A stretch of 63,531 bases of DNA, counting the filler, from Phoronis australis (taxonomy: Eukaryota > Animalia > Phoronida): the NCBI GenBank assembly GCA_002633005.1. It is 10 parts of 10 records of this genome, joined end to end, with 100 filler letters (N's around TTAATTAATTAA, not from the genome) between each part and the next. Parts side by side here need not be neighbours in the genome. Positions count along the whole stretch, not along the records: positions 1 to 11,352 come from NMRA01001699.1; positions 11,453 to 15,703 come from NMRA01002644.1; 8 more parts are not named here. One strand, 5' to 3'. Below, one piece after another: positions 1 through 12,573 of this stretch; the first letter of the stretch is position 1; every line of letters begins with the position of its first letter. The notes under the pieces were generated by a model. That model saw nothing but the letters and a program-made list of their open reading frames with translations, ran no database searches and was not told the origin of the DNA. A program made the position numbers and the translations under genes.

Positions 1-771
1 CGCGGGCGCATGCAAAATCTGGTAGTCACCCGACACTCCAATTGTTCGTTGCAGCCGTTTAAGTGGAAAACAATCAAATAAACGTCATTTGGTAGCATAA
101 TTTGCCTCCTTATTACAAAGAAGTGTGTCGTCCGTTTCAAAAACAGCACGCTCGTGACACGGCGCACGCGTGCCATTTCATAAAAATTTGAGACGTCTTT
201 CGGGACATGATGACAGCTTCGCAGCACCAAGGTTGTTCTAAAATTCGGTTTGCTGGTGTAAAAAATACAAAAAACTTGAAACTAAATGAAACAAGTTCCG
301 ATAATTTGTTATAACATGTACGCAACCTAGGTACCGTCAGCGACGAACACTTGTTAAAAGAATCAGGGGGAAAAGAAACTGGTAAAGGTCAGGTGACGTA
401 ATCGCAAAAAGCTGTCTCAAGAGAACACATCACTATTTTACTAGCAGCAGCCGATGAACGATCGCTAACATTTCCAACGTACCGATAAATACAGAAGTTA
501 GTTTACGCTAGGAACCTGGTTCCTAGGTTTACTCAATGACTTAGTTTTAATGACATTTATTTGAGTCAGATTTTATTTGTACATTTTTGCCCATATCGGC
601 TTAAACCTGTAGGCCTATATCTAGTATACACTGAGCTTTGGGCCAAGGCTTGGGTAACCCGGCGATGGTATGCGATGACCATCCCTTTAGAAGACGCCTT
701 TTTCGATGAGTTTGAGCAACCAGGTGCCATACAAAAAGGCATAGCGAACCTTTTACAGCACTGTGGCAAAC

Positions 772-937
772 GATAAAAAATATGGACGATTGATACAATC
801 ATAAATTACGATGTAAACTCTTCAAATATGACATAAGCAATGAATGTGCAAAGCAGCCGAACAATAAAAAAATAAGGACGATTGATACAATGATAAATTA
901 CGATGTAAACTCTTCAAATATGACATAAGCAATGAAT
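772..937 (+). repeat. ~91-bp tandem duplication; the second copy is interrupted by a MITE
   Basis: ggacgattgatacaat(c/g)ataaattacgatgtaaactcttcaaatatgacataagcaatgaat occurs twice. The second copy resumes (gtgcaaagcagccga) at 1618. Confidence 0.9.
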
Positions 938-1609
938 CACAGGCGTCCTCAGCTTCTGATCGTCCCCAATACGCAGAATGGTGAATGTTGGCCAATTCCC
1001 CTTTTGTCCACTGACGTCACAAGCATACTGGCGCCCCCAGTGGAGGCCCTGAGAACTCGTAAATTAACCCAGTTCATGAACCCGGTAGTATCCAGCCTAG
1101 CAACGGCCGAGCCAAGCTGGCGAACAGTCTTGTATATATTGTGGGACGTTGATTATCGCTTTTTTCTAAAAACATAATGCATGGTATATAATAATGAATG
1201 ATGTATAGTACCAATTAATTATGATTGAAAGATTCCTTTTTAATCGAGCGTAAACGAGGCTATTTCGCGTGAGGATAAAACTTTGGATTTGCCGGCGTGT
1301 GTAACACAGAACAGTTGGATCGTGTTGCAGGATCGCTAGAGTGAATATTCCAATTTTCTTAATTTATTGGAACAATTTTGATTTTCTGAGAGGTATGACA
1401 TGCAACATTATTTAAAAAACACTAAAACATAGCGACTCTGGAAAAATCATAAAAAACACTTTAACCACAGTCGCCAACACGCTTGTTTACGAGTTCTCAG
1501 GGCCTCCACTGGGGGCGCCAGTATGCTTGTGACGTCAGTGGACAAAAGGGGAATTGGCCAACATTCACCATTCTGCCCCCAATACACTCAGAAGCTGAGG
1601 ACGCCTGTG
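938..1609. mobile_element. 672-bp non-autonomous TIR element (MITE), CAC...GTG ends, 8-bp TSD (P-element- or hAT-like)
   Basis: TIRs of about 125 bp (CACAGGCGTCCTCAGCTTCTGA... / ...TCAGAAGCTGAGGACGCCTGTG). TSD CAATGAAT at 930-937 and 1610-1617. Confidence 0.93.
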
Positions 1610-2104
1610 CAATGAATGTGCAAAGCAGCCGATACCCCGCCGTTCACGTCACTGACACATCAGCCAATCAGCGATGGCTTTCAGAATTCAGTGTTTTGAC
1701 CATGAATACGAATTGGCTTTTGTTTGGCACGCAAGTCAGGCAAATGTGAGTTTTATTTGTATGTTAGAACCGATTAACTGCAACATTATTTTGACTACAG
1801 TCCCCTTTTAANTGTATCCGTCGTAAGTTTTCTTCGTGCTCATACCGCGTATTATGCTTGATACTATGGCCGCTTTCGGAATCCTGACCACAGCACCCAC
1901 AATGCACCATATTAACCTAATTTCAATATGGCGTCGCTGCAAATCCGCTATTCAGACCCCTATTCAATACAACCTTTTGTTGTTTGTGGTGGCCGGGATC
2001 TCGCGGTGACTACGCAACATGGCACGAAAAGGCAGCTTCACCTATTATATGAAGGGCTTAGATTTGCGTGATTGCATGAACTCGCGTTTTCTTATTTTAC
2101 TAAG

Positions 2105-3005
2105 TGTCAGACGATTGACTGTGGGTTTGTTTAAAAGGTAGCTATGCTTTGAGATTGTGCGTAGATGGAGAGTGAATAATCAAATCCAGTAATTAATTTA
2201 TTATATGATAACCCCTAATTAGACAAGTGAAACCTGTTGTTAATTAAGTAATCAACTACAAAGAAGAGAAACTACACTAGCGCCCTCTTTAAAGATAACT
2301 GCAATCAATCAACCAAAATAATCAAATGTCTTTTTCTGCTATCCAAGCTAGGACTCTCCACTTGTTAGATGACTGTCCTGTTGGTGAATCTTCGAACTAC
2401 ACAGACTGCATAGCGACAGTGTACTTGTTGATCACCGTCTCTGGTGATGCAACACTTGCAGGCAATTTCTTCTACCCGCGATTCTTCTTGCTGATCACAG
2501 TCTCTGGCTGGTGACGCAACACTTCAGGTAGTGTCTTACTACCCACGATGCAAGTGACAAGCTCTTAGTTAACTTCCTGGTCGTTAACCCTTACCCTTGC
2601 CAAGATCCTTTCTAGAATTTTCCACGAGATGGCTCTGTCGTACAATTTCCTCTGTACACTGTAGCAAGTCTTTATGCTTCAACTACTATAGCTCATCTGA
2701 ATTCCTTTTTGACTAAAGCCCATATTATAATATTCTACTTATTTAGTGATTGGTTAATAAAAGCCACATGATCATATCCAATCCTATCATTAGCTGTTAC
2801 AGTTTGTTCCCAGAATTTTCTAGAATCTCTAGAGCACTTTGACCCCAGAACCCGAAGTTGTAAACACCATTTAAAAATAGATTTTGACGTTAAAGTACAT
2901 GTAAACAAGCTTGACCCCATGATTTAAAAGTACATATACACAAATTTTGGGCAACATAAAATGGATCTATTCTTACTAGTTACTTAATCAATATTGATTC
3001 TGACA
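2105..3005. mobile_element. Solo LTR (901 bp) with 5-bp TSD
   Basis: Termini TGTCAGA...TCTGACA flanked by CTAAG (2100-2104 and 3006-3010). The same end sequence recurs at 56887-56962 and homology stops exactly at TGACA. Confidence 0.85.
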
Positions 3006-3039
3006 CTAAGGCTTTCCTAGGACTATCTGGTTAACCCAA

Positions 3040-3483
3040 TGTAACGGGGCTCGATATAAACCAAACTGCCAATAGCTTTACAAAACTATTTATTTCGCAG
3101 ATTTCAATCTAAGTCAATATGAGTTTGATGATCCTCGGCTGCCTTTTTGATTAATGATTCGTAACTATCATGGCAAATAGCACCTCCAATACACAACCTT
3201 TCCCATACACTGCAGAAACAATAATGCCGCCAAAATCACAGAGCTCAGGCTAAATACCTCTCCTGGAGTGAATACAAAACCGGTTTGAACTGGTTACCTT
3301 CCACATCTACTATTTGAAATTACCACCAGAAACAATGCCCTAACAAATCAGCAGTTACCAATGGTCTATCGGTGACACATCCAGACAACCAAGCCAGAGC
3401 ACCATGGTTCAAATCCTGATAACAGTAACTTTTTTTAGCAACATTAATAATTTCTAAAATATATAAAATACACTACTATCACA
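3040..3483 (-). mobile_element. 3' LTR of the Gypsy element
   Basis: On the minus strand the PPT GAGGGGGAGAA directly precedes TGTGATAG (3483). The element ends ...CCCCGTTACA (3040) with AATAAA about 50 bp inside. The distal boundary is inferred because the 5' LTR is not visible. Confidence 0.7.
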
Positions 3484-3514
3484 TTCTCCCCCTCGTAGTA
3501 GAATGACGTCCACG

Positions 3515-6500
3515 TCATCTGTTTGTTGCAATACTTATAACTGCTTCTAAAAGATCTCGATCAAGTTGCACACTTTTACCAAGCATCGATTCTAAAACTC
3601 TTATTCTCTGAAGCCAGTCTGGAACATTGGAATTCACTGCAGACATCACCAGTCGATCTGGAACTCGTCTCAGCCGCGTTGATCGCCGAGGTTCCTGCTG
3701 AAATGGACTTAATTGCTGAACTGTGTCATTACCTGCACCTTGACCCTCGCCATCGGAGTCAGCTTTGTCATCAGAAACAATCACAGTAACAGGATCTTCG
3801 TTCACACTCATAAAAGAATCCTGCTCCTCAACTTCACTTTCCTCAACACGGTCGTCACCATGTAAAAGAGAAGTTTCGCCGGCATTTGCGTTTTCTACAT
3901 GGTCCACTGTGGCATCGTTTGTCGACCCATGACCATCCTCTTCTGTTTCTTCATGCTGACGTAGTACGAGAACAGGTGCATCATCAAAAGCATCATCATC
4001 ATTGTCGGATGTGGACAAACTTGACGCTCTCGATCTCACAGAGTGACTCGGTCCAGCAATCCTTGGAGCTGGTTTTGGTCTAGGTAAAGTGCTGTTTCGT
4101 TTCCTTGGTGCTGGTATCGGTCTTTTTGATTCTATCATCTTTCGTTCAGAATGTAAATAACCAACTGGCAACAACAGGTTTCGGTGTAGAACACGCTCGC
4201 ACCCCATTCCATTCTCTCTACTCACCACAAATACAGGAATATTTGGGTTCGGTATACTACGGACAATGTAAACTTCATCTTCCCACCTGTCTGCAATCTT
4301 GTGTTTACCGTCAAAGGCAACAATTTTCACTAAAACTCGGTCACCAACTTCCAAAGCAGCGCCTCGCACCTTACGGTCGTATAAACCCTTCTGCTTCGTC
4401 CTCGACTTATTGGCTTCTTTGGTTGCTAAATCATACGCGTGCTTAAGTCGGTCTCTCAATCCCTTGATATAACTAGACATCGAAGAACCTGTCCTATTCT
4501 GCTCCAGTCCAAAAGCCAGATCAATGGGTAGTCTAGGCTCTCTGCCAAACATCAACATGAAAGGAGATTGACCAGTTGACTCATGACGAGTAGAATTATA
4601 TGCGTGCACAAGAGGTCCAACGTGACTCTTCCAGTCCTGTTTCTGATCTGCGCCTAGAGTACCTAGCATACTTAAAAGAGTGCGATTAAATCTCTCAGTC
4701 ATACCATTTCCTGCCGGATGATAACTTGTGGTTCTTGACTTTTCGATTCCTGTCAACAAACATAACTCTTTAATGAGATTACTCTCAAAATTCGGACCCT
4801 GATCTGAGTGTATTCGCTTCGGCAACCCATAATGTACAATAAACCCATTAAACAAAACTTCTGCCGTTGTTTTCGCTGTCTGGTTCTTGGTGGGTATAGC
4901 CTGGGCAAATCTTGTAAAGTGATCAGTAATAACCAATATGTTCTGGAACCCTCCTTTCGACATTTCCAGCGTGAGAAAATCGATACATACTAAGTCCAAT
5001 GGTTGCATAGTGACTATATTTACAAGAGGAGCACGAACATCAGTCGGTGACTTGCGCTTGACACAGCGATCGCAATGCCGAATCCAATGTTCAACATAGG
5101 AGTACATACCAGGAAAATAGAACCTATCTTTGAGAAGTGCCAGCGTTCTATCCCTTCCAGGATGTCCAACGTCGTTGTGTAGATACCTGAGTGCCTTCTT
5201 CACAAACTGTTGTGGAAGAACTAACTGATGTCGCATCACACCGTCTATCATCGTTTCCCTGTAAAGAACACCACTGACCAATCTCAGCTGATTAAACACT
5301 CGTAACATATATGCCCTCTTAGGTGTTACCGATACCTGATTAAAACGTGGCCTCCAACCTTTCTTGACACATGAAATCCACCAGCGGAGATCCATGTCAT
5401 CGTCCTGGGCCCTCCGCCAGTCACGAGTAGTCATAGCTGATAATTCGACACCACTTAAGTCATCCTCTTCAATTTGAACATCTGCTGATAAACATAAGCA
5501 TTCAATCATAGGCGTGAAAAACATCTGACTGCATATCGCCTTAATGCTCTCAGTGGATATAGTCTCTTCAGTGGCTTGCGTATTCCATGTCACCGGTAGT
5601 CGTGACAGTGCGTCTGCGTCTGCGTTGTTTCTACCCGGTCTATAAATGATGTCAAAGTCATACTGCGCTAAGGCTGCCAACCAGCGATGACCAGTCGCAT
5701 CCAGCTTGGCTGAGGTTAAAACATAAGTCAAGGGATTATTATCGGTATACACTGTGAATCTGTGACCATACAAATAATCATTAAACTTCTCAGTTACAGC
5801 CCACTTTAAAGCAAGGAATTCTAAACGAAATGCTGCATAATTCTGTTCACTCTGACTAAGACCACGGCTAGCGTAACTAATTACTCTTTTCTTACCATCG
5901 CGTTCTTGATATAGAACTGCTCCAAGTCCGTGATGGCTAGCGTCAGTGTGCAACTCGAATGGTAGTCTGTAGTCAGGATAACTCAAAATAGGTGGTGAAG
6001 TCAAAGCCTTTTTCAGATATTCAAATGCAGCGTCATGTTCTTCCTTCCAACACCATACACCCGAAGTTTCTTTGGATCGTCTTTTCCCTTTCCTCTCCGG
6101 AACTGGCATGAGACCGTATAATGGTTTAGCTATACGTGCAAAATTTCGAACAAACCTGCGATAGTATCCTGCGAATCCCAGGAATTGTCGCACCTCGCCT
6201 GCGTTTGTCGGTGTTGGCCACTTCATAATCTTGTCAATTTTCTCCGGATCAGCTCCCACGCCATCCATAGATACCACATGTCCTAAGTACTTGACCTGAG
6301 ACATCAGAAGAACACACTTCTTTGGAGTCAGTTTCAGTCCATTCTGTCGTAATCTCTCCAATACACCTCGCAGTCGACGTAGATGTTCGTCTAGGGAATT
6401 ACTAAAAATAATGATATCATCCAGATATATGACACATGTCTTTAAATGAAGATCACCAAGAATTTCTTCCATTAGGCGTTGATAAGTCGCTGGAGAATTG

Positions 6501-7523
6501 CATAAACCCATTGCCATGCGATTCCATTCATAGAACCCTAAAGGACCCACTGTAAACGCAGTACGCTCTTTATGCTTTTCCTCGATTTCTATCTGATGAT
6601 ACCCCGATTTCATATCAAGTACTGAGAAATATGTCGACCCACTTAAACCACCCAGAATTTCTTCAATCCGAGGTAACGCGTAGGAATCTTTGATGGTTCT
6701 TTGGTTTAGTTGCCGAAAGTCTACGCAGGTTCGCAACTTACCATCCTTCTTTCTTACTAGAACGACGTTACTCGACCACGGACTCCTAGACTTCCGAATG
6801 ATACCAGCCGACAACAGCTGCTGTAAATGGCTTCTCACTTCATCATACATAGATGGATTGATGTGTCTCGTACGTTGCTTGAATGGAATTTCATCTTTGA
6901 GATCTATACGATGTTTCACTGTGCTGCAGTGACCAATATCTGCATCCCCACTAGAAAAGACATCACGAAATTCCCGTAAGAGATCAATACACTGTTTTCG
7001 CTCGTCCGCGGTGAGACTAGACCTTATCTGAATAAGGTTAAGTAACGAATCAATGTCTCCCTGATCACCTCCACCACCCTCCTGTCTTCCCAAAGTCACA
7101 GGTTGTATTTCACACACAATGGCACTACTAGGAATTGTGATAGTTCTTGCTGTAACATTAGCAACATGGATGTCTACCATACTATTAGTCCGGAAATCGT
7201 AACTTATTAATGTTGGTGCAATATCAAGGTCTGGACTAACTGTAGCTAACGAAGACTGCTGCATCATAGCAAGCGTAGTGGGATATGGCCAACGACTAAC
7301 AACATTACCTTTAATAGTAGCATGCTGGTTCGGATTCAACACCACTCTTCGTGTCACCGCACTTCTGACCACACCCAAGCGGAAACGATTCTTCTCCATC
7401 TGCTGATCACGTAAAGACAAACATCTGAAAGCTGTGTACCAAGGATGATCGAGTTTCGACGTCTGAAGAAATCTCACACCGTACTGGTCCTTGCAGCTCT
7501 CCATGATAGGGTAGAGGCAGTTG
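3515..7523 (-). mobile_element. pol: Ty3/Gypsy LTR retrotransposon pol ORF (RT-RNaseH-integrase), uninterrupted; 5' part lost in N gap
   Basis: RT motifs CVDFRQLN, LDMKSGYHQI, YLDDII. RNase H ELHTDASHHGLGAVL, TDNNPL. Integrase HNDVGH...CDRC, CIDF, HSDQG, TERFNRTL. About 4 kb without stops. Confidence 0.97.
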
Positions 7524-9049
7524 NNNNNNNNNNNNNNNNNNNNNNNNNNNNNNNNNNNNNNNNNNNNNNNNNNNNNNNNNNNNNNNNNNNNNNNNNNNNN
7601 NNNNNNNNNNNNNNNNNNNNNNNNNNNNNNNNNNNNNNNNNNNNNNNNNNNNNNNNNNNNNNNNNNNNNNNNNNNNNNNNNNNNNNNNNNNNNNNNNNNN
7701 NNNNNNNNNNNNNNNNNNNNNNNNNNNNNNNNNNNNNNNNNNNNNNNNNNNNNNNNNNNNNNNNNNNNNNNNNNNNNNNNNNNNNNNNNNNNNNNNNNNN
7801 NNNNNNNNNNNNNNNNNNNNNNNNNNNNNNNNNNNNNNNNNNNNNNNNNNNNNNNNNNNNNNNNNNNNNNNNNNNNNNNNNNNNNNNNNNNNNNNNNNNN
7901 NNNNNNNNNNNNNNNNNNNNNNNNNNNNNNNNNNNNNNNNNNNNNNNNNNNNNNNNNNNNNNNNNNNNNNNNNNNNNNNNNNNNNNNNNNNNNNNNNNNN
8001 NNNNNNNNNNNNNNNNNNNNNNNNNNNNNNNNNNNNNNNNNNNNNNNNNNNNNNNNNNNNNNNNNNNNNNNNNNNNNNNNNNNNNNNNNNNNNNNNNNNN
8101 NNNNNNNNNNNNNNNNNNNNNNNNNNNNNNNNNNNNNNNNNNNNNNNNNNNNNNNNNNNNNNNNNNNNNNNNNNNNNNNNNNNNNNNNNNNNNNNNNNNN
8201 NNNNNNNNNNNNNNNNNNNNTTGGGGAAAAAAGCCAAATCAACACCCCAATGGCGGGAGCGCGAAATTGGCGACGACCAGGGGGGTCGAAGTGGGAGAAA
8301 TCTGAAAGTAAATGTGAAACCATGGGGGACCTGGGCAAAGGTATGGCTACGTATGTACCTTCCTGCGGTTCCGGTGGTACGTCAATCCATTATGTGTGTG
8401 TTTGTAATTTCGTGTTTACGTACAAACTGAGCATGCAGACGAGTAGAGCTTTCTGCACTTACGCGTTCTAACGTGGTAGAAAAATGTAATTTTTATTGCA
8501 CTTATTCACTTGTATTAGTTGTGATTAGTAGCGCTATGTCCCCAGGTCTGTGTAATGCGGGTCAACAGTATTACCTTCTATCCAGTCGTGGTTCACTTTC
8601 AAATTAAATAACTGAAGTGACATAAAATGTAATGTAATATATTGCTTTAAAAAAATAATTTTCTTATTCCGATCCTATCTTACGTATACAAAAATAAGCT
8701 ATATAGCAGCCGCAGGTAAGCGTAAGACTGTCACTGACTATCTGCATTTCCATGTAATCATACATCTACGTGTACTCTGGTCACGATACCGCGCGCCTGT
8801 GGCCATCACTCCTGAACAATACTTTCGTAAAGGGGGGCCGCTCTTGGCACAACCAAAAAAGGGAAGAAAGCCGCGCTAGAAAGTAAAAATGCGCGCAATG
8901 TGATCGCCTCTCTCCTCGGTACAGGCGGCTTTACGGGATCAACGTGCCTAAAACATCTCAATATAATGTCACTGTGGTGAAAAATCTTTTTTTCTGTCGG
9001 TATGTTGCAGTGAGAAATTCACGGACTTAAATGTCGACTACAACATTAG

Positions 9050-9390
9050 TCCCAAAATACAAACGGTCACAAGATCCCTAAAACGGCGTTCTTGTTTTCT
9101 GCTCTTGCCTGAAGGAGAGTCAGATAGTACATCCATTGTGGAAGTGCCGCTTAGATAGGTTCCATTTCCAAAAGTCTGTGCGAAAGGGTGCATTTCCCGA
9201 TGCATTTCCAAACAATAAAGTTCACTCATTGGAACTCGAATCTCACGGGTTCCCTTTCCCAATTACACAAATCTACAAATTGTATGATATCTTAGACAAT
9301 AAGACGTCTCTTCTTATACATATTGTTTCAGACTTTCGACAGGGTTAAGCCGGGTTCGTGAAATGAACAAAACTGTTGTATTTATTTAAT
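9050..9390 (+). mobile_element. Possible decayed L1/Tx1-type LINE 3' fragment
   Basis: Frameshifted SCFL..ESQIVHPLWKC resembles the C-terminal C-x2-C...H-L-F-W-x-C zinc knuckle. Confidence 0.3.
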
Positions 9391-9662
9391 ATAGAACAAA
9401 ACGGTACGAAAGTGTAACCTTTTCACTAGCGGTCCCTACTATGGGTACCCTTTTGAGTCCACATGTCGTCTGTTGGTACACAATGTATATTAAGTTTCGA
9501 ATATTTGTATGTCTTATTTTGAAGCTAATGTCAGGCACACGGAAGTGAACCACTCATTCATTTCACCGGAGCCAGTGAACTAGTCTTTAAAAGGATACTA
9601 AACCTCGTTTTGATAATTTCAACTAATCCTCGTCCTGTCACCTGCTAAAGCATCACTGGCAT

Positions 9663-10472
9663 CCTCGCTGGTTCCCTGCGTGCCGCTAGGTGAGGCGGTA
9701 GCCGCGCCAGCACGCAGGTATCACTTAATTTTCCTCGGTAATTTTTTTACACCGGCGTTTCTGATTGACTAGTCGAATTCTCAACAGGCAGCGCTTTACG
9801 CAAACAAACTGGCATGACTGATGGACTGAAGTGTAAATGTGGTCTGTTGTACAGACAAATCGGTGCTTAAAATTTATGTTCAGGAAATGTGAAGCCTAGA
9901 AATTGTGATTGCGCCTTTTGGGGAATGCAACTTTCTACTGTTGATGACTGTCGATATTTGGTGTTTATTGTACATGTATGTGCTTCAAGCACGCGGCTAT
10001 TAAACATCACTGTAGAAACGAAATAGTTGCTGCGACGCCACTTGCATGACAAGGCTAAANGTTGTACAGACAAATCGGTGCTTAAAATTTATGTTCAGGA
10101 AATGTGAAGCCTAGAAATTGTGACTGAGCCTTTTCGGAATGCATCTTTCTACTGTCAATGACTTTTGTTTACGATAATGTCCTTATACACTATGAATAAC
10201 ACACCGGTCAAAATCAGCACATAATGTGTGTTTATTGTGCATGTATGTGTTTCAAGCACGCGGCTATTAAACATCACTGCAGAAACGAAATAGTTGCTGC
10301 GACGCCACTTGCATGACAAGGCTAAAAATCGTTCACAGTTCGCCATTTTTTCAAGGTGTTGTAAAGCTAACCAATGACTACCAAGATTACATCGACCAAT
10401 GCTAAAGCGCGTGCCACTAGGTGATACCTGCGTGCTGGCTGGGCTAAGCACGCAGGGAACCAGCGAGGGCTA
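9663..10472. mobile_element. Non-autonomous TIR element, possibly Academ-like
   Basis: cctcgctggttccctgcgtgc...gccagcacgcaggtatcac (9663-9724) is inverted at 10421-10468. The right end finishes ...GGGCTA. No TSD resolved. Confidence 0.5.
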
Positions 10473-11352
10473 AGCCAAAGACGCTAACAAGACTATTCAC
10501 CAAGGCCGCCGCTATTATTGTGTCATGACCGTGGCGACACCTAGCGGGTGTGTGTGGGCCGACGAAGTACGCAAGGCATTCACTATGGCCGATCTTAGTT
10601 TGTNAAAATCGTTCACAGTCCGCCATTTTTTCAAGGTGTTGTAAAGCTAACCAATGACTGCCAAGATTACATCGACCAATAATAAAGCGCGTGCCACTAG
10701 GTGATACCTGCGTGCTGGCTGGGCTAAGCACGCAGGGAACCAGCGAGGCAGGGAACCAGCGAGCACTGTACACACTCGCTTGTCTTAGAAGCATACATTT
10801 CCCACAATGCAACTGCGGCGGCAAAATCAAATATGGCGGATTTGCACATTCGCTATTTGATGCACAGGTGCTTGGGTTTATCGCAAATGACGTCACTCAT
10901 AATATATAAGAAAACATAAAGGTTGGACACTCGAAATCTGTTTGCTCAGAATTTTCTACTCAAATGTACATGGAACTCCACGAAACTAGCATCGAACAAC
11001 TTTTAGAATACTTTCTTTCATTCGATCTCTTCAAATTGCCTTCAAGTGGTAATTTGGCGACAAAAATGCCAAAAGAATGCCAAAATCACAAATCCAAGGA
11101 CCTAATTCCGTGATGTCATGGCAGACGGTCTTCGCACATCCGGGTTTTGACAGACGCTCCCGAGCTAAATCCGAAAGTCTAATTTCGCGCGAAAGCCATC
11201 GACTACTTGATCATGAGAAGCAGAGAGCACTTTATTGCCAAATAAATGTAATTACTCACATATTTGTGTCAAATAAAAATTATCCTGATACTGTATTGAT
11301 ATGCGAAGTTTTTTGTGTATTGTGATTTCTTATGAAGGTTTTACTTTTGGCC

Positions 11353-11452
11353 NNNNNNNNNNNNNNNNNNNNNNNNNNNNNNNNNNNNNNNNNNNNTTAA
11401 TTAATTAANNNNNNNNNNNNNNNNNNNNNNNNNNNNNNNNNNNNNNNNNNNN
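11353..11452. other. Artificial 100-bp scaffold spacer N44-TTAATTAATTAA-N44 (also 15704, 18021, 41071, 44568, 48388, 51595, 56787, 61561)
   Basis: Identical structure nine times. The 12-mer places stops in all six frames. Confidence 0.97.
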
Positions 11453-11774
11453 ATACTACGGCTCTGCAGCCAAAAATGTGTGGGTTGGGAGTGGAAGGAC
11501 GATAAGGACGAGCTAAAAGGACGCAGACGCATGCTACTGTTGGTGGTAACTTTTTTTTTTAGTCCTCCCGATTTTTGTCGGGGAAAGGTTCACATCGACC
11601 ATTTCAAGGCTGGGTAGCGCGCATGATTTTGGCCGTAAAAGTTTCCGCTTTTTTGTCATTGGTCATTCCAAGCCCTGGTTTCTCCCTGAGCAAAATCTAA
11701 ACACGGAGAAGTGCACGTCATGTTTCCGCACCGTAGTCTGATTTCAGTTAATACCTACAATCAACTACAGTATC

Positions 11775-12573
11775 CAGTGTTCTCCAGGGCCTGTTTTAAC
11801 TCGACGCTGTAACGAGTTTGGATTTTGCTGCGTTGAGTTTGGAAAATGCGCGTGGAGTTTAGAAAGTGCTGCGTCAGGTTTGAACTTTTGTCCTGGCTTG
11901 GTATTTCAGCCCTCAACCCTAAAGCAGTGCCTGATTAACCAAAATCAAGCCCAATACAGAACTTTAGAGGCAGTCAACACTATATGTATAACTTCGTAAG
12001 ACAGTACAAAAGTTTAAATTATAATTAACAAAATCTGCAAAAAACTTTACAAACATTTCATGGAGTCACCTAGCTTGCTTAATTGAATGACTAATCTAAT
12101 TTGTCATTCTAACTTTAAAATTTTGCAAGTCAACCTATAAAAAAGCAATTTAATTTGCTTAATAAAGTCAATTTTGATTTTGACTGACATCTAGTGGCAA
12201 GTTAGAACTTTATGAGCTTATTAAACTTGACAACAGGTGTCACTAAAAACTAGGTCACATCAGAACTCATGTTAGTAGTACTTAATATGTCTAATTGATA
12301 TTAAAATCGGCATTGGTATTATTAAAGGAACTTTTGATCTTTTGTTTGCTGCTCTTGGTCTGTCAAATGCTTTGGAGAAATTATGAGATGCATTGGTAGG
12401 AAAGCTAAACTTTGAAGTGTCTAAGAAGTAGGTCACACCAGTGCAGTGTGCAGTTTTAAACCATATATAAATACCTCCAGCATGACCATGCTAATGGGTA
12501 GACACAAAACAATGTCAATAACTGACATTCAACATTTGCGTGGAGTTTGGAATTTATAATGTGGAGAACACTG
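11775..12573. mobile_element. hAT-type MITE
   Basis: TIR CAGTGTTCTCCA / TGGAGAACACTG, subterminal gcgtggagttt repeats, flanks GTATC / CTATC (near-5-bp TSD). Confidence 0.7.

Larger units (their letters stand above)
566..1807 (-). mobile_element. Kolobok-like DNA transposon 5' end with degenerate THAP ORF (ATG at 742)
   Basis: The minus strand starts TTAA|AAGGGGACTGTAGTC at about 1811-1795. The ORF MPFCMAPGCSNSSKKASSKGMVIAYHR matches the THAP N-terminus (M-P-x-C-x4-C-x-N...YHR), then frameshifts. Confidence 0.5.

Noticed and set aside
938-960. RAG recombination signal or ProtoRAG/Transib end (CACAG...)
   Set aside because: Only CACAG matches the heptamer, no nonamer is evident, the TSD is 8 bp rather than 5 bp, and no RAG-like ORF is present.
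7524-8471. 1607-aa ORF start at 8338 and the other X-filled ORFs (also 30105-31121)
   Set aside because: They exist only because N runs contain no stops. Sequence beyond 8221 shows no gag or protease features.
9848-10748. Tandem duplications (9848-10059 / 10061-10325 and 10325-10468 / 10605-10748)
   Set aside because: Each junction coincides with a single N (10060, 10604). These are probably unmerged alleles or overlapping contigs.
11353-11452. Recurrent TTAATTAATTAA as a biological motif
   Set aside because: It always sits in the centre of exactly 88 Ns, so it is an assembly spacer.
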